From a virus (Duplodnaviria; Heunggongvirae; Uroviricota; Caudoviricetes), in the IMG/VR virus record IMGVR_UViG_2547132278_000017, positions 1 to 13,330 of that record: a DNA stretch of 13,330 nucleotides; one strand, written 5' to 3'. The position numbers and the translations under genes are program-made. The notes beneath the pieces were generated by a model. That model was not told where the DNA came from. It was given only the letters and a program-made list of their open reading frames with translations, and did not search any database. Below are positions 8,238 to 13,330 of the stretch, piece after piece. Every line of letters starts with the position of its first letter. Positions within the stretch are counted from its first letter, which is position 1.

Positions 8238-8255
8238 TGTGTCAGGGCTGGCACA
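8238..8255 (+). promoter_or_regulatory. TGT-N12-ACA dyad, candidate Delta/Ogr-activated late promoter (Psid-like) for sid-delta-psu
   Basis: tgt gtcagggctggc aca, centred about 55 bp upstream of a predicted start near 8300, followed by a GAGGAG ribosome-binding site and the sid ATG at 8328. Confidence 0.4.
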
Positions 8256-8327
8256 TCTGCAATGCGTCGTGTTGTTGTCCGGTGTACGTCACAATTTTCT
8301 CAACCTGAAGTGACGAGGAGCCGGAAA

Positions 8328-9062
8328 ATGTCTGACAACACCATCCCTGAATATCTGCAACCCGCGCTGGCACAACTGGAAAAGGCCAGAGCCGCCCACC
8401 TTGAGAACGCCCGCCTGATGGATGAGACCGTCACGGCCATTGAACGGGCAGAGCAGGAAAAAAATGCGCTGGCGCAGGCCGACGGAAACGACGCTGACGA
8501 CTGGCGCACGGCCTTTCGTGCAGCCGGTGGTGTCCTGAGCGACGAGCTGAAACAGCGCCACATTGAGCGCGTGGCACGCCGGGAGCTGGTACAGGAATAT
8601 GACAATCTGGCCGTGGTGCTGAATTTCGAACGTGAACGCCTGAAAGGGGCGTGTGACAGCACGGCCACCGCCTACCGGAAGGCACATCATCACCTGCTGA
8701 GTCTGTATGCAGAGCATGAGCTGGAACACGCCCTGAATGAAACCTGTGAGGCGCTTGTCCGGGCAATGCATCTGAGCATTCTGGTACAGGAAAATCCGCT
8801 CGCCAACACCACCGGGCATCAGGGCTACGTCGCACCCGATAAAGCTGTCATGCAGCAGGTGAAATCATCGCTGGAACAGAAAATAAAACAGATGCAAATC
8901 AGCCTCACCGGCGAGCCGGTTCTCCGGCTGACCGGACTGTCAGCGGCAACACTCCCACACATGGATTATGAGGTGGCAGGCACACCGGCACAGCGCAAGG
9001 TGTGGCAGGACAAAATAGACCAGCAGGGAGCAGTGCTTAAGGCCAGAGGACTGCTGTCATGA
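8328..9062 (+). CDS. sid: Sid, external scaffold / capsid size determination protein (244 aa)
   Basis: Start MSDNTIPEY with GAGGAG 7 nt upstream. 244 aa equals P4 Sid. Helical, Ala/Glu/Leu-rich composition. First gene of the rightward late operon, stop overlapping the delta start (ATGA). Confidence 0.9.
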   Translation: MSDNTIPEYLQPALAQLEKARAAHLENARLMDETVTAIERAEQEKNALAQADGNDADDWRTAFRAAGGVLSDELKQRHIERVARRELVQEYDNLAVVLNFERERLKGACDSTATAYRKAHHHLLSLYAEHELEHALNETCEALVRAMHLSILVQENPLANTTGHQGYVAPDKAVMQQVKSSLEQKIKQMQISLTGEPVLRLTGLSAATLPHMDYEVAGTPAQRKVWQDKIDQQGAVLKARGLLS

Positions 9063-9559
9063 TTTACTGCCCGTCGTGTGGACATGTTGCTCACACCCGT
9101 CGCGCACATTTCATGGACGATGGCACCAAGATAATGATTGCACAGTGCCGGAATATTTATTGCTCTGCGACATTTGAAGCGAGTGAAAGCTTTTTCTCTG
9201 ACTGTAAAGATTCAGGAATGGAATACATTTCAGGCAAACAGAGATACCGCGATTCACTGACGTCAGCCTCCGGTAGCATGAAACGCCCGAAAAGAATGCT
9301 TGTTACCGGATATTGTTGTCGGAGATGTAAAGGCCTTGCACTGTCAAGAACATCGCGGCGTCTGTCTCAGGAAGTCACCGAGCGTTTTTATGTGTGCACG
9401 GATCCGGGCTGTGGTCTGGTGTTTAAAACGCTTCAGACCATCAACCGTTTCATTGTCCGCCCGGTCACGCCGGACGAACTGGCAGAACGCCTGCATGAAA
9501 AACAGGAACTGCCGCCAGTACGCTTAAAAACACAATCATATTCGCTGCGTCTGGAATGA
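9059..9559 (+). CDS. delta: Delta, late transcription activator with two tandem Ogr-type zinc fingers (166 aa)
   Basis: Two Cys4 modules (CPSCG...C...YC and CRRCKG...C...C). 166 aa equals P4 Delta. Confidence 0.9.
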   Translation: MIYCPSCGHVAHTRRAHFMDDGTKIMIAQCRNIYCSATFEASESFFSDCKDSGMEYISGKQRYRDSLTSASGSMKRPKRMLVTGYCCRRCKGLALSRTSRRLSQEVTERFYVCTDPGCGLVFKTLQTINRFIVRPVTPDELAERLHEKQELPPVRLKTQSYSLRLE

Positions 9560-9632
9560 GGGCTGCCGGTTAACACCGGCCGTCGCCGCACACCGTATTT
9601 TTATTCTTCAGCATGATGAGAAAGAGATAACG

Positions 9633-10205
9633 ATGGAAAGCACAGCCTTACAGCAGGCCTTTGACACCTGTCAGAATAACAAAGCAGCATGGCTGCAACG
9701 CAAAAATGAGCTGGCAGCGGCCGAACAGGAATATCTGCGGCTTCTGTCAGGAGAAGGCAGAAATGTCAGCCGCCTGGACGAATTACGCAATATTATCGAA
9801 GTCAGAAAATGGCAGGTGAATCAGGCCGCCGGTCGTTATATTCGTTCGCATGAAGCCGTTCAGCACATCAGCATCCGCGACCGGCTGAATGATTTTATGC
9901 AGCAGCACGGCACAGTACTGGCGGCCGCACTGGCACCGGAGCTGATGGGCTACAGTGAGCTGACGGCCATTGCCCGAAACTGTGCCATACAGCGTGCCAC
10001 AGATGCCCTGCGTGAAGCCCTTCTGTCCTGGCTTGCGAAGGGTGAAAAAATTAATTATTCCGCACAGGATAGCGACATTTTAACGACCATCGGATTCAGG
10101 CCTGACGTGGCTTCGGTGGATGACAGCCGTGAAAAATTCACCCCTGCGCAGAACATGATTTTTTCGCGTAAAAGTGCGCAACTGGCATCACGTCAGTCAG
10201 TGTAA
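9633..10205 (+). CDS. psu: Psu, polarity suppression / capsid decoration protein (190 aa)
   Basis: 190 aa equals P4 Psu. Last gene of the late operon, followed by a terminator-like hairpin and the cos site. Confidence 0.9.
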   Translation: MESTALQQAFDTCQNNKAAWLQRKNELAAAEQEYLRLLSGEGRNVSRLDELRNIIEVRKWQVNQAAGRYIRSHEAVQHISIRDRLNDFMQQHGTVLAAALAPELMGYSELTAIARNCAIQRATDALREALLSWLAKGEKINYSAQDSDILTTIGFRPDVASVDDSREKFTPAQNMIFSRKSAQLASRQSV

Positions 10206-10241
10206 AATTCCCCGAAAATCCGCCCGTTTTTACTGAAAAAA

Positions 10242-10270
10242 GCCATGCATCGATAAGGTGCATGGCTTTG
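10242..10270 (+). terminator. Candidate terminator after psu
   Basis: Hairpin GCCATGCA / TGCATGGC (10242-10266) followed by TTTG...TTTT. The U-tract is interrupted, so confidence is modest. Confidence 0.4.
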
Positions 10271-10369
10271 CATGCGTTTTCCTGCCTCATTTTCTGCAAA
10301 CCGCGCCATTCCCGGCGCGGTCTGAGCGTGTCAGTGCAACTGCATTAAAACCGCCCCGCAAAGCGGGCG

Positions 10370-10388
10370 GGCGAGGCGGGGAAAGCAC
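10370..10388. other. cos site: 19-nt cohesive-end sequence GGCGAGGCGGGGAAAGCAC of P2/P4-type phages
   Basis: Exact match to the cohesive-end sequence as I recall it, embedded in a GC-rich dyad (ccgccccgcaaagcgggcgg) between psu and the cargo operon, as in P4. Confidence 0.8.
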
Positions 10389-10633
10389 TGCGCGCCAATA
10401 GCAATGATGCACATTTATTTTCGAACCCTGAGTACATCATAGATGTATGCAGATAAACGATTATGGATCAGTGGCAAATGCATAGAGTAGGTTTGATGCT
10501 CTTACGAGGCATGCAGGTGAACAATACCAACACATAATATATTGAACCTACCCAAAAAAATGAGTAGGCATACTTGTTAAAAGTATATTTCTGATCAATG
10601 ATATAAAAATAAGCACTTTAGGCGAAAGAGAAC

Positions 10634-11575
10634 ATGAAGTTAAATTATTTTACTTACACAATAACCGACAATAGAAATCAAAAAGTTTATTTTGATAACA
10701 TTTCAGATATTATCAAAAATTTTTGTTTGCATAGAAAAAAATCTCTTTTTGAGAAAAACAAAGGGTTAAAAAGACTGTACCTAGCCATGCCCACCTCATT
10801 TGATGGCATATACTATTTGACCACGCCAGCAATTACTACAGCATTTAAAGCTGTAGATAGAGCAACTGGTGTAGTAAATGATTTGGCTTCTGTACTTGGT
10901 AAAGATAGTCTAGAGAAAGTTACTTACTTTTTTATTGACCCTAAACATTCAATAATCGGAGTAACCGAGGGTAAAGGTAATGCTGACATTGATGATTTGC
11001 AATTCTTCATTAACGAAATAATTAATCAAGATTTTCAATCACATATTTATACCTTCGAGCTTTGCACATTAAAAATAGAAATCAAATCTACATCGGCTAC
11101 AAAATTCAAACTCATCACTGAAGCACGAGTGAAGTTAAATAATGATTCTGTTGGGGATGTAATAAATGGATTGTTTGGCAAGGCCCCATCAGACAATATG
11201 GAAGTGCAAATTATCGTAAAAAGAAAAAATAGAAAAGAGAATGTGAAAGATTATATACAACCATTACTCTCAAGTTTATCTTCATCTGAAGATAAAGAGT
11301 ATGCAGAAATTTATTTCAGAGCCAAGGCAGATGAATTTCAATCAAATGTAAAAGAGTTTATTTTAGATAAGAATCAGAATATTTTTGATATAATAAACCC
11401 TCATCTCAAAGTAAAGATTGAAGATCAAATACTTGAAAAAAGATACAAAAACCAAGTTGTGATAAGTGAATTGAGTACATACGCACAAAATTTTACTGGA
11501 CGCATACATTCAGGTATTATTGATCCAGTGTGGAATGATCTAAAAACAGAAAGTTACCACAAAGCAAAAAGTTGA
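10634..11575 (+). CDS. Cargo protein A: 313-aa soluble protein of unknown function, AT-rich, candidate sensor or enzymatic component of a two-gene defence system
   Basis: Uninterrupted 313-codon ORF in an AT-rich island (roughly 25-30% GC by eye against about 55-60% for the backbone). No P-loop, HxH or other motif I can recognise. Its stop at 11573-11575 abuts the ribosome-binding site and start of the next gene. Confidence 0.8.
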   Translation: MKLNYFTYTITDNRNQKVYFDNISDIIKNFCLHRKKSLFEKNKGLKRLYLAMPTSFDGIYYLTTPAITTAFKAVDRATGVVNDLASVLGKDSLEKVTYFFIDPKHSIIGVTEGKGNADIDDLQFFINEIINQDFQSHIYTFELCTLKIEIKSTSATKFKLITEARVKLNNDSVGDVINGLFGKAPSDNMEVQIIVKRKNRKENVKDYIQPLLSSLSSSEDKEYAEIYFRAKADEFQSNVKEFILDKNQNIFDIINPHLKVKIEDQILEKRYKNQVVISELSTYAQNFTGRIHSGIIDPVWNDLKTESYHKAKS

Positions 11576-11583
11576 GGATGACA

Positions 11584-12039
11584 ATGCTTACTAACCAAGC
11601 AATAGTAAAAATTAATATAGCCACATGGGGTGTAAGCATTCTTACTGCTGTTATTTTTACTCTCATTGCGGTGTTTTGTGAAAACCAATACATAGAGATA
11701 GAACCTGAAGGTATAATTGGCATCGCTACACTATTAGGTACTTTTAGTTTCACAATGACAGGATTCATTGCTGCAATTGGTGCTTATATCATATCAGTGT
11801 CTGATAAAACTTCTTTTCTAAAGTGGCGACAGCAAGGATATATAAATATCTTCTACCATCTATATGGGCAGAGCATTGTTTTTTTATTGGTCACATTTTT
11901 ATTATGCATGGTGGCTATCATAATGCCATTTAATGTTGCATTGACAATTTTGAAATGTGGTTTATACATTCTCATCCTTAATATTATTCACATCATATTA
12001 ATAACTGTAATTACACTCGGTCAAATGCAGAAAAAATAA
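11584..12039 (+). CDS. Cargo protein B: 151-aa integral membrane protein with four predicted transmembrane helices, candidate membrane effector
   Basis: ATG at 11584 preceded by GAGGA with a 5-nt spacer (the tracked ORF starts at an unlikely TTG at 11572). Hydrophobic stretches at about residues 12-31, 44-72, 97-116 and 120-145, with a basic C-terminus (QMQKK). Translationally coupled to cargo A. Confidence 0.75.
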   Translation: MLTNQAIVKINIATWGVSILTAVIFTLIAVFCENQYIEIEPEGIIGIATLLGTFSFTMTGFIAAIGAYIISVSDKTSFLKWRQQGYINIFYHLYGQSIVFLLVTFLLCMVAIIMPFNVALTILKCGLYILILNIIHIILITVITLGQMQKK

Positions 12040-12061
12040 GTTAGCTTTTGACCGGTATTTC

Positions 12062-13330
12062 TTACTTTTTAACTTTAAGCATATTTGCAAACTCATATGG
12101 AGTGACTTGAGAATGCTTACTTATATCTAAATAATCCGCCCACCATTGAACCATAAGACGCCGCTCATCTAGATGTTCAGAAGTATGAATATAAGCTGCA
12201 CGAACATTATTGCGCTCTGAATGGCTCAGTTGGCGTTCTATAGCATCATCACTCCATAATCCTGACTCACCCAACGCACCACGTGCCATCGTCCTAAACC
12301 CATGCCCGCAGACTTCGGTTTTTGTGTCATATCCCATCGCACGCAATGCGCTATTCACTGTGTTTTCACTCATAACCTTAGTGGCGTCATGATCCCCCGG
12401 GAAAAGCACCTCTTTATCACCACTAATCTGCTTTAACTGGTCTAACAAATTCATCGCCTGACGACTCAGCGGAACGATATGCTCCTCTTTCATCTTCATA
12501 CCACGATACGAATAACGCACTCCCTTAATTTCTTTTCGTTTTGCAGGTATGCGCCATAGAGATTTATCGAAGTCGAATTCATCCCAACGCGCAAAACGCA
12601 ACTCACTGGAACGCACAAAAGTTAGTAAGGAAAGCTCAACCGCGATCCGTGTCATTACACGGCCACGATATGCAGCAAGACGTGCAAGAAACTCAGGGAA
12701 CCGGCTAGAGGGTAAAGCTGGGTAATGTCGCGCTTTGGTTGTCGATAGAGCACCAGCCATATCACTGGCTGGATTTGAGTCGATGTAATCGTTCTGTACT
12801 GCATAACGCATGATAGCCGTGACACGCTGCTGAAGTCGCTGCGCGACGTCATGCTTACCACTTGCATCAACTTTTTTAATCGGGGCTAACAGGTGGCTAG
12901 TCTTGAGCTGACGAATGTCGGACGAACCAATGTGAGGGAAGATATAAAGCTCAAGATAGCGAAGAACGCGCGAGCGATGGTCTTCACTCCAGCGTTTGTT
13001 ACTGGCGTGCCATTCACGAGCAATGGTTTCGAATGTATATGCCCCCGAATTCTCGGCCTGAGCTTCTTTCTGTTCGGCTTTTGGGTCAATGCCCTGCACT
13101 AGCAGTTTTTTAGCTTCATCGCGCTTTGCTCTTGCCTGAGCAAGCGTCACAGTAGGCCAAACACCAAAAGCGAGGCGATCCTCTTTTTTGTCTGAGGGGC
13201 GTCTGTATTTCATGCGCCAGTATTTTGACCCCTTAGGCGAAATCTCGAGATACAAACCGCCGCCGTCGGCCATTTTGTAGGTTTTTTCTTTTGGCTTTGC
13301 GGTCTCGACCTGTCTGGCTGTGAGCTTCAT
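12062..13330 (-). CDS. int: P4-type tyrosine integrase (422 aa); start codon at the window edge
   Basis: N-terminal arm-type domain (MKLTARQVETAKPKEKTYKMADGGGLYLEISPKGSKYWRMKYR...), C-terminal catalytic residues (HGFRTMARG, ...VRAAYIHT). The ATG occupies 13328-13330, so the true start could lie further upstream outside the window. Convergent with the cargo operon, separated by 22 bp. Confidence 0.88.
   Translation of the reverse strand: MKLTARQVETAKPKEKTYKMADGGGLYLEISPKGSKYWRMKYRRPSDKKEDRLAFGVWPTVTLAQARAKRDEAKKLLVQGIDPKAEQKEAQAENSGAYTFETIAREWHASNKRWSEDHRSRVLRYLELYIFPHIGSSDIRQLKTSHLLAPIKKVDASGKHDVAQRLQQRVTAIMRYAVQNDYIDSNPASDMAGALSTTKARHYPALPSSRFPEFLARLAAYRGRVMTRIAVELSLLTFVRSSELRFARWDEFDFDKSLWRIPAKRKEIKGVRYSYRGMKMKEEHIVPLSRQAMNLLDQLKQISGDKEVLFPGDHDATKVMSENTVNSALRAMGYDTKTEVCGHGFRTMARGALGESGLWSDDAIERQLSHSERNNVRAAYIHTSEHLDERRLMVQWWADYLDISKHSQVTPYEFANMLKVKK

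Noticed and set aside
8289-8835. Minus-strand ORFs of 122 to 176 aa inside sid
   Set aside because: Antisense to the confidently assigned sid gene.
11517-11768. 83-aa minus-strand ORF inside the cargo operon
   Set aside because: Antisense to the junction of cargo genes A and B. The sense-strand genes have ribosome-binding sites and coherent features.
10634-12039. Assignment of the cargo pair to Kiwa (KwaA/KwaB), CBASS or Pycsar
   Set aside because: Sizes and the membrane partner are superficially compatible, but gene order is the reverse of Kiwa, and I see no nucleotidyltransferase or cyclase motif in protein A. These remain hypotheses to test by profile search, not calls.
1-13330. CRISPR arrays, rRNA and tRNA genes, retron-type reverse transcriptase
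   Set aside because: No array of regularly spaced repeats, no complete tRNA cloverleaf (only the att fragment at 2826-2848), and no RT-like ORF were found.

Overview
The window is an integrated, apparently complete P4-like satellite prophage (about 2826 to the right edge) with an AT-rich two-gene cargo operon in its psu/cos-int hotspot, flanked on the left by an AT-rich accessory stretch and a partial IS629. Satellite backbone, in order: attR-like tRNA 3' end fragment (2826-2848), crr-like direct repeats carrying TGTTCACC iterons, alpha primase-helicase (777 aa), cnr-like (106 aa), orf151-like (151 aa), eps-like (95 aa), a candidate CI-RNA immunity region, AlpA-family vis, an ori-like cluster of six iterons, sid (244 aa), delta (166 aa), psu (190 aa), a cos site matching the P2/P4 19-nt cohesive end (10370-10388), and a P4-type tyrosine integrase whose start codon sits on the window edge. 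The main candidate for a new system is the cargo pair between cos and int: a 313-aa soluble protein with no motif I can recognise, translationally coupled to a 151-aa four-helix membrane protein (10634-12039). This is the position where P4-like satellites are known to carry anti-phage systems. Left of attR lie a 274-aa protein with possible AbiJ/HEPN-like C-terminal resemblance, the 3' fragment of a gene interrupted by IS629, and an IS629 copy that is itself disrupted in orfB. Protein identifications rest on recalled family features and exact length agreement with P4 proteins; no database search was run. No rRNA, tRNA gene or CRISPR array was seen.
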